The notes beneath the pieces were generated by a model, which made no database searches, was not told the origin of the DNA, and saw only the letters and a list, made by a program, of their open reading frames with translations. A stretch of 64,000 bases of DNA from Leucoraja ocellata (Eukaryota), in contig JAWMAR010000094.1 of assembly GCA_036785375.1 (NCBI GenBank), positions 6,820,001 to 6,884,000 on the forward strand. Direction: 5' to 3'. Made by a program: the position numbers and the translations under genes. Of the stretch, positions 1 through 14,167 are shown one piece after another. Numbering within the stretch: position 1 is the stretch's first letter; each line of letters starts with the position of its first letter.

Positions 1-2392
1 GAGGGTGGAAAATTACCGCAAAGCTGGAAGGAGGCAGTAGTAATCCCAATAGGAAAACCAGGTAAAGATCTGACAAACCCAGGGAATTATAGGCCTATTG
101 CATTAACATCCAACATATGTAAAGTAATGGAAAAAATGGTAAATGAAAGGTTAACATATTATGTAGAAAATAAAGGATATTTATCCAATTACCAGAGTGG
201 TTTTAGGAAGGGGAGAAACACCATGGATCCAGCTATATGTTTAGAACATGAAATTAGGAGAGCACAAATTAACAGGGAAAGTGTAGCAGCTGTATTTTTT
301 GATATTGAGAAAGCATATGATATGATGTGGGGAGAAGGGTTATTAGTGAAACTAGGTAAATTGGGGATTAAAGGTCGTATATTTAAATGGATTAAGGATT
401 TTTTATCTGGGAGGTCAATACAAGTACAAGTTGGAAATCAATACTCAGGAACATTAGATATTGAAAATGGAACACCTCAAGGGAGCATAATAAGTCCTTT
501 ACTATTTTTAGTAATGATAAATGATGTATATGAAGAAATTGTAAATGAAATGGGAGTTTCACTGTTTGCGGATGATGGGGCAATCTGGAAAAGGGGGAGA
601 AATGTGAAGTTTATTGTGCAGAAACTACAGAGGGCTATAATAAAGGTACAAGAGTGGTCATATAAATGGGGATTCAAATTTTCTGTGGAAAAGACAAAGA
701 TAATGTTTTTTACTAGGAAGAAAATTGGTAGTGAGGTAAATACTAAACTTATATAACCAGGAATTGGAGAGAGTAAAATACTATAAAATTTTAGGTTTAT
801 GGTTTGATGAGAGGATTACATGGATGGTTCATATTCAGAAAGTTGTGGACAAATGTAAGAAGATACTTAATGTAATGAGATGTTTAGTTGGATGTGATTG
901 GGGGGCAGATAGAACAGCTTTGAAGGCTATATACACTGGGTTAGTTAGATCTGTGTTAGATTATGGTTGTGTGGTGTATGGGTCTGCATCAAGTACTTCT
1001 CTTAAGAAAATAGACAACATTCAATATCAGGCATTGAGAATATGTACAGGTGCAATAAAAACAACTCCAACAGCAGCATTACAGGTTGGAATGGGGGAGA
1101 TGCCTCTAGAGATGAGAAGGATACAGCTTTCATTGAATTACTGGATTAACCTACAGGGCCACAGTCAAGAACACCCAGCACAAGTTACTGTCAAACCATG
1201 CTGGGAAAAGGAGAGAAGGGAAACAAAACGTTTTGGATGGACAGTGACCCAGAGAGCAATACAAATTAGCATAGCACAATTAAATATGGTTCCAACGGTT
1301 CCATTACCTTCAATTCCACCTTGGATACTTCCAGATGCAACAGTAGACTTTACAATATTAGAACAGAAAAACAAGGATAAACAGCATATGTATAATTCAT
1401 TCATCATACAGGAATACATTGACAGATACTACAGTTTTGTCCAAATTTATACAGATGCATCAAAAGATTCAGTAGATAAAGTAGGAATAGCATTTATTGT
1501 ACCAGAATTTCACATCAAAGTAGGGAAGAGGATCAATAATGAGGTCTCAGTATACACAGGAGAAATGATTACAATATTGTTAGCAGTACAGTGGGTCGAG
1601 GATACTAGGCCTTTAAGGACAGTTATTTGTTCAGATTCAAGTTTAGCAATAAAGAGTTTACAGCACAGTCATTCAGACAGTAGACCAGACATTTTGATAG
1701 AAATACAACAAACACTATTCAGAATTCAAATGATGGGGCTTACAGTCATATTTTTATGGGTACCAGCACACATTGGCATTAGAGGAAATGAAATGGCAGA
1801 TAAGGTAGCAAAAGAGGTAACAAAAAGAAGTAAGATTGATTTAAGTATTAACATAGGTAAAACTGAAATCAAAGACATTATTAAGCAAAGACTGAAGGAA
1901 AGATGGCAAAAGCAATGGGAGGAAGAGCGGAAAGGACGGTGGTTCTATAGAGTCCAGAGGAAAGTGGGAGAGATGAGATGTGTAGGAAAGAACAGAGAAG
2001 AGGAGACGGTGATTTCAAGAATTAGATTTGGACACACTGGTCTGAACAGTACACTTTTTGTAATGGGCAAGCATAATACAGGCAGATGTGAATACGGTGG
2101 GCAAGACGAAACGATAGAGCATGTCATTGTACATTGTGAGAGGTATGAGGAGGAGAGAGAACGGATGAGTGAGCAGTTCAGAAAAGAAGGAGTACAATTT
2201 GATTTGGTAGATATTTTGCAAGGGAGTTCAAATAAGTGCTATCAAATCCTATTGCTTTTTCTTAGGGTAACCAATTTGTTCGGAAGGATATAGGATATTA
2301 GTGTATGTAATGGTGTTGTTTGATCCACACTCCATGCCATTTGGTGACGGTAATGCAACCGCAAAAAAACACTATATAGAAGAAGAAGAAGA
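1..2392 (+). mobile_element. I-group (Nimb-like) LINE, 3' part: RT + RNase H + 3' UTR, frameshifted near 750
   Basis: ORF 127-756 has RT motifs (QSGFRKGR, DIEKAYD, GTPQGS, LFADD). ORF 764-2293 continues in another frame with RNase H (YTDAS, SDS, WVPAHIGIRGNEMAD) and a C-terminal GH...C...ETIEHV..C motif. Ends in a (GAA)n tail at about 2379-2392. Confidence 0.85.
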
Positions 2393-3600
2393 GGCCTCAG
2401 AGGTTTGTTAGAGAAAATTAGTGAACAAACAGCATCATGAAATCCAAGGAACACACCAGACAGGTCGGGGATAAAGTTGTGGAGAAGTTTAAAGCAGGGT
2501 TAGGTTATAAAAAAAATATCCCAAGCTTTGAACATCTCACGGAGCACTGTTCAATCCATCATCCGAAAATGGAAAGAGTATGGCACAACTGCAAACCTAC
2601 CAAGACATGGCCGTCCACCTAAACTGACAGGCCGGGCAAGGAGAGCATTGATCAGAGAAGCAGCCAAGAGGCCCATGGTAACTCTGGAGGAGCTGCAGAG
2701 ATTCACAGCTCAGGTGGGAGAATCTGTCCACAGGACCACTATTAGTCGTGCACTCCACAAATCGGGCCTTTATGGAAGAGTGGCAAGAAGAAAGCCATTG
2801 TTGAAAAAAAGCTATAAGAAGTCCCGTTTGCAGTTTGCCACAAGCCATGTGGGGGACACAGCAAACATGTGGAGGAAGGTGCTCAGGTCAGATGAGACCA
2901 AAATTGAAGTTTTTGGCCTAAATGCAAAACGCTATGTGTGGCGGAAAACTAACACTGCACATCACCATGAACACACCATCCCCACTGTGAAACATGGTGG
3001 TGGCAGCATCATGCTGTGAGGATGCTTTTCTTCAGCAGGGACAGGGAAGCTGGTCAGAGTTGATGGGAAGATGGATGGAGCCAAATACAGGGCAATCTTG
3101 GAAGCAAACCTGTTAGAGTCTGCAAAAGACTTGAGACTGGGGTGAAGGGTCACCTTCCAGCAGGACATCGACCCTAAACATACAGCCAGTGCTACAATGG
3201 AATGGTTTAGATCAAAGCATATTCATGTGTTAGAATGGCCCAGTCAAAGTCCAGACCTAAATCCAATTGAAAATCTCTGGCAAGACTTGAAAATTGCTGT
3301 TCACAGACGCTCTCCATCCAATCTGACTGGGCTTGAGCTATTTTGCAAAGAAGAATGGGCAAAAATTTCAGTCTCTAGATGTGCAAAGCCGGTAGAGACA
3401 TACCCCAAAAGACTTGCAGCTGTAATTGCAGCGAAAGGTGGTTCTACAAAGTATTGACTCAGGAGGGCTGAATACTTTTGCACGCCAGACTTTTCAGTTT
3501 TTTATTTGTAAAAACATTTGAAAACCATGTATCATTTCCCTTCCACTTCACAATTATGTTTGGTCTATCGCATAAAATCCCAATAAAATACATTTACGTT
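2392..3600 (+). mobile_element. Tc1-family DNA transposon copy A, defective; 5' end missing, 3' TIR runs into gap
   Basis: Transposase fragments 2437-3457 ([31 protein letters not shown]) with a frameshift near 2515 and in-frame stops. 3470-3600 matches the TIR of copy B. Confidence 0.92.
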
Positions 3601-4461
3601 NNNNNNNNNNNNNNNNNNNNNNNNNNNNNNNNNNNNNNNNNNNNNNNNNNNNNNNNNNNNNNNNNNNNNNNNNNNNNNNNNNNNNNNNNNNNNNNNNNNN
3701 NNNNNNNNNNNNNNNNNNNNNNNNNNNNNNNNNNNNNNNNNNNNNNNNNNNNNNNNNNNNNNNNNNNNNNNNNNNNNNNNNNNNNNNNNNNNNNNNNNNN
3801 NNNNNNNNNNNNNNNNNNNNNNNNNNNNNNNNNNNNNNNNNNNNNNNNNNNNNNNNNNNNNNNNNNNNNNNNNNNNNNNNNNNNNNNNNNNNNNNNNNNN
3901 NNNNNNNNNNNNNNNNNNNNNNNNNNNNNNNNNNNNNNNNNNNNNNNNNNNNNNNNNNNNNNNNNNNNNNNNNNNNNNNNNNNNNNNNNNNNNNNNNNNN
4001 NNNNNNNNNNNNNNNNNNNNNNNNNNNNNNNNNNNNNNNNNNNNNNNNNNNNNNNNNNNNNNNNNNNNNNNNNNNNNNNNNNNNNNNNNNNNNNNNNNNN
4101 NNNNNNNNNNNNNNNNNNNNNNNNNNNNNNNNNNNNNNNNNNNNNNNNNNNNNNNNNNNNNNNNNNNNNNNNNNNNNNNNNNNNNNNNNNNNNNNNNNNN
4201 NNNNNNNNNNNNNNNNNNNNNNNNNNNNNNNNNNNNNNNNNNNNNNNNNNNNNNNNNNNNNNNNNNNNNNNNNNNNNNNNNNNNNNNNNNNNNNNNNNNN
4301 NNNNNNNNNNNNNNNNNNNNNNNNNNNNNNNNNNNNNNNNNNNNNNNNNNNNNNNNNNNNNNNNNNNNNNNNNNNNNNNNNNNNNNNNNNNNNNNNNNNN
4401 NNNNNNNNNNNNNNNNNNNNNNNNNNNNNNNNNNNNNNNNNNNNNNNNNNNNNNNNNNNNN
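3601..4461. other. assembly gap (N run)
   Basis: Run of N. Confidence 1.
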
Positions 4462-4800
4462 CGTCCCCTCTCTCTCTCTCTCTCCCCCTCTCTCTCTCTC
4501 TCCCCCTCTCTCTCCCTCTCTCCCTCCCCCTCTCTCTCCCCTCTCTCTCCCCACTCTCTCCCACTCTCACCTCCCTTTCTCCCTCTCCCCTCTCTCCGCC
4601 CCTCTCCCCATCCCCCTCTCTCTCTTCCTCCCCCTCCTTCCCTTCCCCCCCCCCCTCTGCCTTCCCCCTCTCTCCCTCCACGCCTCTCACCCTCCCCCCT
4701 CTCCCCCCTCCCCCCTTCTCTCCCACCCTCCCTCTCTCTACCCCTCCCACCTTCTCTCCCTCAACCCTGTCTCACCCTCCCCCCTCCCTCCACACACACA
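4462..4800. repeat. CT-rich low-complexity tract
   Basis: Almost pure C/T sequence. Confidence 0.95.
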
Positions 4801-5419
4801 CGGTGTTAGTTAGGTATGTATAGGATGTGTGTTCGTGTTTGAGAATAAAGAAGTTAGTTGATCCAGAGCTTAGTGTTTTACTGAACCAGACTAACTGGGT
4901 GAGATTAGGAGCAAAATTACATAATGATGCGAAAGGGGCATTGGAGGTTCAGTGGCGCAAGATTAGAGCTGAGAGTCAAGGCAGACAAACCACTGTGGGT
5001 GGTTGGAGAGTGCAGAGATATGAAGATTTATATTGGGAACACAGATGCAGAAGAGCAAAGGTTTCAGAGGGTTGCAGGACTGGAAGAGGTTCCAGAGAAA
5101 GAGACGGAGTGAGGGCCGAGGAGAGATTTGAACCTGAGGTTGAGAATGCTAAAACTGAGTCAGGGAACTGGCAGAGCAAAGCATTAACACACACTCTGTT
5201 CATTGCCCAGCGAGCAGCAAGAGAAGGCGTCAATGTCCACAGTTGGTGACCAATGAGGCCCACAAGACTTCATTAATCAGCTTGCAGATCCAGAGACACA
5301 AGAAAACGCAGGTGCTGAAATCATGGGTAAAACACAAAGTGCTGGAGTAACTCAACGTTTCATGTAGCATCTCTGGAGGACATGATGTTTCGAGTTGGGT
5401 CCCTTCAGTCTGACCACAC

Positions 5420-6155
5420 GAGAAGCCTATGAAGATTAGATAAGAGATTACTTAAGAGATTAGTATACAAACTTAAAGCACACGGTATTGGGGGTTCAGT
5501 ATTCATGTGGATAGAAAACTGGCTGGCAGACAGGAAGCAAAGAGTAGGAGTAAACGGGTCATTTTCACAATGGCAGGCAGAGACTAGTGGGGTACCGCAA
5601 GACTCGGTGCTGGGACCCCAGCTATTTACGATATATATTAATGATTTGGACGAGGGAATTGAATGCAACATCTCCAAATTTGCGGATGACATAAACCTGG
5701 GGGGGGGGGGGGGGGGGGGGGTGGGGGGGGGGCAGTGTTAGCTGTGTGGAATTTGCTAGGAGGCTGCAAGGTGACTTGGATAGGCTGGGTGAGTGGGCAA
5801 ATGCATGGCAGATGCAGTATAATGTGGGTAAATGTTAGGTTATCCACTTTGGTGGCAAAAACAGGAAAGTAGACTATTATCTGAATGGTGGCCGATTAGG
5901 AAAGGGGGAGATGCAACGAGACCTGGGTGTCATGGTACACCAGTCATTAAAAGTAGGCATGCAGGTGCAGCAGGCAGTGAAGAAAGCGAATGGTATGTTA
6001 GCATTCATAGCAAAAGGATTGAGTATAGGAGCAGGGAGGATCTACTGCAGTTGTACAGGGTCTTGGTGAGACCACACCTGTAGTATTGCATACAGTTTTG
6101 GTCTCCTAATCTGAGGAAAGACATTCTTGCCATAGAGGGAGTACAGAGAAGGTTT
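5420..6155 (+). mobile_element. CR1 LINE RT fragment
   Basis: [19 protein letters not shown](D)SVLGP, SKFADD motifs; interrupted by a poly-G run. Confidence 0.9.
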
Positions 6156-7194
6156 ACTTGCTCCCCAGGAGATGCTTCCCGACCAGCCGAGTACTGCAAA
6201 CCCTCGTTTTAATGTTATAATGGATTTCAGATACAGCGGACGGACCTGCTGACGCCATGCATGCTCGTACCATCTCACCAGACGTTGAGAGCCCGGCATC
6301 CAACCCCACCTCTAACTTGCAAGGTGCACTAGCGAGCACTTCTTCACCTACAGCAAGGTCTGAGTGACGCATCTGTTGTTGGGAATTCTTGTACACATTG
6401 TAATTCTTCTTTGGGCAACCGACGCTGACAGCCACTATGGGGCCCTCACCTGCTGCTGCTTCTTATATCCGCTCCCGTCTCGACCGCCACTGTCCACTTG
6501 GCCTCTCCCCCACCCCCACCAGCATTATTTCCCCCCACAGTCACCAACATACGCCACTTTGGAGGCGGCAACAGGTCAGTCCCACGGTGTCCGAAGGCGT
6601 CTTGGCGTTGGCAGCAGCCTGAACAAAGCGTTGTCGGCCAGCACTACAACATGAGCCCCAATAACAGCCACGCCAAGAAGGGCTCGCTGATGATGACCAG
6701 TTGCATTGAGTTTTAAGGGCCAATGACACAAAACGCTGGAGTGACTCAGCAGACTGAATCAGTGCGAAGATGGCTCCCGCTGTCTCCTCCCCACGTTCTC
6801 CAGAGATGCTGCCTGGTCTGCTTTGCAAATCTGTGTACTGTCTCATTGAAGTCCAGTAATCTCACATTGGCACCAACGCACTGCTATGCTTATTAATTAT
6901 TGTGATTATGTATAGTGTGATTTAACTGAATTGTATGCAAAATAAAGAATTTCACTCTACGCTGGTACACGTGACAACTATAAACCTAAACTTGTCACTT
7001 TAGCTGCAGTTGCATCCACAGGCATGAGATGAGAACCAGACCCACACTTCCATCCCGGGACGGCTGCGGCCGGACCCATGTTTGACCCCCGGCTACCATC
7101 CCCTCTCTTCTCACCTCTGCCGAACACACCGGGACCTGCACTCTAAGATGCCTCTGCTCTGCAACACTGCTCAGGCCCTCCGATTTGATACTCA

Positions 7195-8647
7195 ATGTAA
7201 AGGGACATTAGGAGGTAGTGATCACAACATGACAATTTCTAACCCGCAATTTGAGAGGGAGAAGGTGACATCGGATATGTCGGTATTGTAGCTGAGCAAA
7301 GGGGACTACAGCGGCACGAGGAGGAGCTGGCAAAAGTTGACTGGAAAGAGACTCTAGCAGGGGTGACGGTGGAACAGCAATGGCAGGAATTCTGGGAATA
7401 ATCCGAAAGATGCAGGATCTTTTTATTCAAGAGAGGAAGAAAGATTCAGGGGGAGAAAGAGGCGATCATGGCTGAGAAGGGAAGTCAAGGACAGAATAAA
7501 ACAAAAAGAGAAGGCATATAGCAAATAGGAAACCAAATGATTGGGAAGCTTTTAAAGAACAACAGAAGGTAATTAAAAAGGCAATACGGGAGAAAAGGTG
7601 AAATACGAAAGTAAGCTAATCAATAATATAAAAGAGGATAGCAAGAGTTTCTTCAGTTATATAAAGAGTAAGAAAGAGGCAAGTGTGGACGTTGGGCCGC
7701 TGGAAAATTATACAGGAGACGTGATAATGGGGAATAAAGAAATGGCAACTTTTTTGCTGCCGTCTTCACAGTGGAAGACACCAGCAACGTGCCTGAAATT
7801 CAAGAGAGTCAGGTGTTGAAGTTTGTGGAGCGGCTATTACTAAGAAGAAGGTACTTGGAAGCTGAAAGGGCTGAAGGTGGATAGGTCACCTGGACCTGAT
7901 GGACTGCCCCCTAGGGTCCTGAAATACGTGGCTTTATTGTGGAAACATTGACAGTGATATTTCAAGAATCTCTAGAGACAGGAGAGGTCTCAGATGATTG
8001 GGAAATTGCCAATATTACCCCGCTGCACAACAAGGGAGCAAAGCAGAATAGTGGGAATTATAGGAAGATTAGTCTGACTGCAATAGTTGGTAACATTTTA
8101 GTCCTTTATAAAGGAGTCAATCTGCATTCGCCATTCCTCAGCCCACTAGTCCAGCGGATCAAGAGCCTGTTGTAATGTTTGACAACAATCTGACATTGAC
8201 CGCAGTCTCTGGACCAGCACGGTAAGCGGCTGTGGCAGTACAAATTCCACCGATGCTTCTGCACTGAGGAATTCGGGTGCCTGGGGATTATGCAAGCCAG
8301 CGACGTGGAGGGAGTCACCCGTGGTTGTAGCAAGTAAAGGAACAGGCCCATTGTTGCCCTTCTCTGAAGTGTCCTGGAATGAAGCATTGACTGAATTCCT
8401 TGGGTCATCGTTATGTCCATCAGTGAGTCTGAAATTCTCTGCCACAGAATGTAGTTGAGGCCAGTTCATTGGCTATATTTAAGAGGGAGTTAGATGTGGC
8501 CCGTGTGGCTAAAGGGGTCAGGGGGTATGGAGAGAAGGCAGGTACAGGATACTGAGTTGGATGATCAGCCATGATCATATTGAATGACGGTGCAGGCTCG
8601 AAGGGCCGAATGGCCTACTCCTGCACCTATTTTCTATGTTTCTATGT
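7195..8647 (+). mobile_element. degraded CR1 ORF2 fragments and 3' end
   Basis: GGSDHN, KSFFSYIKSK, SPGPDG and ANITPL..KG motifs; CR1 3' UTR with (CTATGTTT)n tail ending about 8647. Confidence 0.8.
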
Positions 8648-9672
8648 ATCCGTGGGTAGAGGCCACGGGCCCCTGACGCCCCCGGTCGTTATGATATCCT
8701 AATATTTCCCTGCTGTTGATCCCAATCCCCGCTCCTCCCGAATATTATATATTTATCACAGCTGGAAATCTCGGCGATTTCTCTCTCCCGCAGCGAGCTC
8801 TTTCGCAATTATTATCAAATCAACTTACTATCAATTAAAATATTGAAGTTCATCGCTTCAAAGAGCAATGAACTGCAATTTATGAAAATCTTTTTGAAAG
8901 ATTCCATTTAAGGTTCATTGTCTTCCGGAGATTGCAGTTTCTTAATGTTAAATCATTTTTGAAAATGCTCCCCCACGTCTCCCTCCTCCCTCGTAGAGTC
9001 CCAGCGACCGCGACACCTGCACCTCTTCACAAACAACCAAAAGCAGCATCGATTTGTATAACGGCAGCTAAATAAAGACCGCGCCAACACCGGCCGGGTC
9101 CCCGTGGGGAAATGACGAGAGCGCAGCTGCATCAGCGCCGCACAAACGGCCCACGAACCGTCGGCAACGTGGTGGTGACTGGACGCAATGAAACTGATGG
9201 AGAGAAACATGTTCCAGTTCATAATTGAACCGAGTTATCGATTTCAAGTCAATCAGGTTCCACCTAAATGTAATCCTTCACAAAAACCTATGCTCTCTAA
9301 TACTTCATGTTCCTACCCCGGAATAAAGACTGTATTCACAGTATCTATCCGCCTCATGATTTTATAACTCTATAGGGTCACCCCTCAGCCTTTTGTGTTC
9401 CAAGGAATTAGGTCCTAACCTGCTCAACCTCTCCCTGTAACTCAGGCACTCCGTTCTTGCAACCCCTTGCGCCTCTCTATGCACTTTCCCCTCAGCTAAT
9501 TAACATGTTTCCTACATTAGAGTGACCAAATCTGAACACGACATACCTATTGCGGCCTCATCAACGTGCCCTGCAACTGTCAGATACTAACGTCTATACT
9601 TGACTGATGCTGTGCAATGTTCTGAAAGCTTTCTTGACCACCCAGTCTACCTGTGACGACACTTTTATGGAA

Positions 9673-10760
9673 CTATGTTGTATATATGGACTTCAGTAAG
9701 GCCTTTGACAAGGTTGTTTGTCAGGTTGGAGGCCAGTGACTAGTGAGGTGCCACAGGGATCTGTGTTGGGTCCACTGTTGTTTGTTATGTACATCAATGA
9801 TCTGGATGATGGTGTGGTAAATTGGATTAGTAAGTATGCAGATGATACTAAGATAGGAGGGGTTGTGAATAATGAAGTAGATTTTCAAAGTCCACAGAGA
9901 GATTTATGCCAGTTGGAAGAGTGGACTGAAAGATGGCAGATAGAGTTTAATGCTGATAAGTGTGAGGTGCTACATCTTGGCAGGACAAATCAAAATAGGA
10001 CGTACATGGTAAATGGTGGGGAATTGAAGAATGCAGGTGAACAGAGGGATCTGGGAATAACTGTGCACAGTTCCCTGAAAGTGGAATCTCATGTAGATAG
10101 GGTGGTAAAGAAAGCTTTTGGTGTGCTGGCCTTTATAAATCAGAGCATTGAGTATAGAAGTTGGGATGTAATGTTAAAATTGTACAAGGCATTGGTGAGG
10201 CCAATTCTGGAGTATGGGGTACAATTTTGGTCGCCTAATTATAGGAAGGGTGTCAACAAAATAGAGAGAGTACAGAGGAGATTTACTAGAATGTTGCCTG
10301 GTTTTCAGCAACTAAGTTACAGAGAAAGGTTGAACAAGTTTGGGCTTTATTCTTTGGAGCGCAGAAGGTTAAGGGGGGACTTGATAGAGGTCTTTAAAAT
10401 GATGAGAGGGATAGACAGAGTTGACGTGGATAAGCTTTTCCCACTGAGAGGAGGGAAGATGCAAACAAGGGGACATGACGAGAATTAAGGGGCCGAAGTT
10501 TAGGGGTAACATGAGGGGGAACTTCTTTACTCAGAGAGTGGAGGCTGTTGGAATGAGCTTCCAGTGAAGGTGGTGGAGGCAGGTTCGTTTTTATCATTTA
10601 AAAATAAATTGGACAGTTATATGGACGAGAAAGGAATGGAGGGTTATGGTCTGAGCTCAGGTATATGGGACTAGGGGAGAATACGTGTTCGGCACGGACT
10701 AGAAGGGTCGAGATGGCCTGTTTCCGTGCTGTCATTGTTATATGGTTATATGGTTATATG
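9673..10760 (+). mobile_element. CR1 LINE 3' fragment (subfamily with (TATATGGT)n tail)
   Basis: ORF 9718-10488 contains [17 protein letters not shown] and ERRRLRGDLI; tail at about 10737-10760. Confidence 0.92.
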
Positions 10761-11580
10761 TTCCTGTACACTTAATCCCTCTGCTCTACAACACTTCCTA
10801 TTTACCGGTGACGCCACTTTTAAGGAATTGTGTACCTGTACTCATGATCTCTGTGCTCTGCACCCCCCTACTCCTCCCCCCCTCCCCCCACCCCCGGGCC
10901 TTCATTGTGAAGCCCCTGTCCTAGATTGACTTCCCAAATCGCAAAGCATTGCAGTTATCTGCATTGCATTCCATTTGAAGTTGTTCAGAGGACTTGTCAA
11001 GCTGATCAAGATCCTGTTTTAACCTCTGATAACCCCTCAATGTCTGCATTACCAGCTATTTTGTGGCATCTGCAATCTGACGTACATTCCTATGCATATT
11101 TGCCAACTCCGACACCGAGGCACTAGAGAACATAGAGTCTGTAGAACAAGCTTCTAACATACCCTAAACTGCAATAGGTTAACCCTATGAAGAAGGGTTT
11201 CGGCCCGAAACGTCGCCTATTTCCATAGATGCTGCTGCACCCGCTGAGTTTCTCCAGCATTTTTGTGTACCATAGATTAAGAGAGATTATTTAATCAATC
11301 AAGACGACCCAAGCTGCTTTGTTGTTATCGGGAAATGCTGGTGCCCGGACACACAGGAAGGCACCCGAACAGATTACCAAACGCTCCGGTCGAAATGTGG
11401 TCTCAAAGAGTATATCACTGGAACACAGGGAGGTGCAGAGGTTAAGAAACCTCTAGAGCTCACGACTATCTCAGCGAAGGAAGGAACGTTCATGGCGGCC
11501 GCGGTTACATTTGTGAACCAATATTTGTGAATGAGGCGAAGCGGAGGTGTTGGTGCTTGTGGGGCTGCAGGAGGGAGGTT

Positions 11581-11857
11581 ATAACCATATAACCATATAA
11601 CAATTACAGCACGGAAACAGGCCATCTCGGCCTACAAGTCCGTGCCGAACAACTTTTTTCCCTTAGTCCCACCTGCCTGCACTCATACCATAACCCTCCA
11701 TTCCCTTCTCATCCATATGCCTATACAATTTATTTTTAAATGATACCAACGAACCTGCCTCCACCACTTCCACTGGAAGCTCATTCCACACCGCTACCAC
11801 TCTCTGAGTAAAGAGGTTCCCCCTCATGTTACCCCTAAACTTCTGTCCCTTAATTCT
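11581..11857 (-). mobile_element. CR1 3' end
   Basis: Reverse complement of the same 3' UTR and tail as 9673-10760. Confidence 0.88.
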
Positions 11858-12154
11858 GCCTAATTTCTGCCTCAATTCCTGGGTCTGGGTCGGGGTGGGG
11901 TACTGTGTTGGACTGAGGACAATGGGTGCTGTTCTCCCGATAATTAACTGGAGGAAACTTCACTGATGATGATCGCACTGTCCATCCATCGGTATAGAGA
12001 TGGTAAAGGGGTGAAGGGTGTTGGTGAGTCACGGTGAAAACCGAAACACAGTTGTCCAAGTGTAACGGCTTTTCTCAGAATAGACGACTGGCTCTCAGAA
12101 CAACCCGTACTCGAGCTGTCGCCATATACCCCTTTTTATTATATATCTTGATCA

Positions 12155-12455
12155 GTTTAGATTCGTTCAGTTTAGAGATATAGCGCAGAAACAAGCCCTT
12201 CGGCCCATCGGGTCCGCGCCGACTAGCGATCATCGCATATTAACACTATCCTACACCCACTAGGGGCATTTTTTACATGTACCAAGCCAATTAACCTACA
12301 CACATGTACGTCTTTGGAGTGTGGGAGGATACCGAAGTTCTCGGAGAAAACCAATGCAGGTCACGGGGAGAACGTACAAACTCCGTACAGACAGCACCCG
12401 TAGTCGGGATCGAACCCGGGACTCCGGCAGCAACTCCACCACTGCGACACTGTGC
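12155..12455 (-). mobile_element. tRNA-derived V-SINE/HE1-like SINE
   Basis: On the minus strand: B-box-like GGTTCGATCC, conserved GGGTGCTGTCTGTACGGAGTTTGTACG core, and CR1-like 3' end GGGCCGAAGGG...TAAACT. Confidence 0.8.
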
Positions 12456-12559
12456 GTCCGTGGGCTGAGGACAACGGATGCGGTGCTCCCGATACTTAAC
12501 TGGAAGAGTTAGTTGAGGCAGAAACTATTTAACTGTTGTTTAAGTAGGTTGCGAAATGG

Positions 12560-13607
12560 TTAATGTAGTTTAATGCATATAAATGTGAGGTGCTGCTGTT
12601 TTAGCAGGACCGGCGCATTAAATGGTACTGCTTTGTTGTAGAACACAGACATTTAGGAGTGAAGGTACACAGTTCCATGAAAGTGGCGACACATCTAGAT
12701 AAGATGGTCAAGTATGTTTTGGACACATTGACCTCATCATTCATTCTTTATTAGATATAGAAGTTGGGATGTTACCTTGGTACACAGCACTGGTTAGACC
12801 ATAGTTGGAGTATTGTTGGCAGTTTTGGTAGCCCCACTAAACTAAGACGATGTTAAGATGGAAAGAGTGCAGCAAGGTTACGAGGATTTTGCCCTGACTT
12901 GAGTCTTGATCTATGGGGAGAGTTTATTTTACCTAGAGTATTATACCTAGAGCAGAATTAAGAAGACGGGTTCAAGGTGGCAGGGAAACGTCTTAATAGA
13001 ACTCCGCGCTGAAACCTTTTCACACAGCGTGTGGTGGGTATATGAAAAGAGCTACCGTTGGCGTTAGTTGAGGCAGAAACTATAACACGTATTACTAAAT
13101 TTTGACAGGTACATGGATAGGGAATGTTTGGATCGACATGGGCCAAATTCAAGCAAGTAGGATTAGTGTAGTGGGTGCACATCGATCAGTATGGACAAGC
13201 TGGGCCGAGGGGTGTGTTTCCGTGCTGTTTGACTCTATCATCTAAAAAGGGACAAACGTATCCACATAACGCATGCTAGGGAAGTATAGGGAAGTAAGGA
13301 AGATTCAAACAAGGGGACATGACTTGAGAATTAAGGGACTGAAGTTTAGGGGTAACATGAGGGGGAACTTCTTTACTCAGAGAGTGGTGGCTGTGTGGAA
13401 TGAGCTTCCGGTGAGGGTGGTGGAGGCAGGTTCGCTTTTATCATTTAAAAATAAATTGGATAGTTATATGGACGGGAAGGGAATGGAAGGTTATGGTCTG
13501 ATCGCAGGTGTATGGGACTAGGGGAGAATATGTGTTCGGCACGGACTAGAAGGGTCGAGATGGCCTGTTTCCGTGCTGTAATTGTTATATGGTTATATGG
13601 TTATATG
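12560..13607 (+). mobile_element. old CR1 fragment followed by a younger CR1 3' end
   Basis: Degraded RT C-terminal motifs at 12560-13240; FFTQRVVAVWNELP and TATATGGT tail at 13290-13607. Confidence 0.75.
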
Positions 13608-14167
13608 TCATTAGTAACGTTCATTGTATGATTAGGTTCCACACTAGAAATATTTTCATCCGGGGAACCCGTGAGAAGTGGCACTCGGAGCCAAACGTCT
13701 CCATATTGGGCCTAAACGTCACTGGACACAACACAGTCTATGTTAAACCAACTTTGAACTGCTGGAGTGATACAGAGAGACGGGGTGCAGTCTGTGTCCG
13801 AAAGAACAAATACATATAAATAAGAGCGGGGGGCTGTATGTTCAGAGGGGGCGGGGGCGGTTAGAGTGGGTAAGAGGAGTGGAAACGTTGAGACGGTAGA
13901 TGCCACGCGGGAGTTGGAAATAAAAAGGTTAAAAGAGTTTTTAAATATATATATAAATAAGAGCGGAGTGCTGTACGGTCAGGGGGGAGAGGTTAGAATA
14001 CGTTCCTTCTCTCCAGAGATGCTGTCTGGCCCGCTGAGTTACTCCAGCGTTTTGTGTCTATCTTCGAGGTCTGCCGTGGCGAGCGAGCTTTGTGGATTCA
14101 CGTGGCTTCTATGGGTTTAACAACAGGAATAAAGGGGACATATGGGTGGTTTTGTGTCAAAGAATGT

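Noticed and set aside
3478-4809. Long ORFs spanning N runs (also 62165-63934)
   Set aside because: Artefacts of translating gaps and low-complexity flanks.
6230-6720. Possible coding exon in GC-rich sequence
   Set aside because: No recognisable domain or convincing splice sites in any frame.
12390-12455. tRNA gene (B-box GGTTCGATCC)
   Set aside because: It is the tRNA-derived head of a SINE continuing into the SINE core; no complete cloverleaf.
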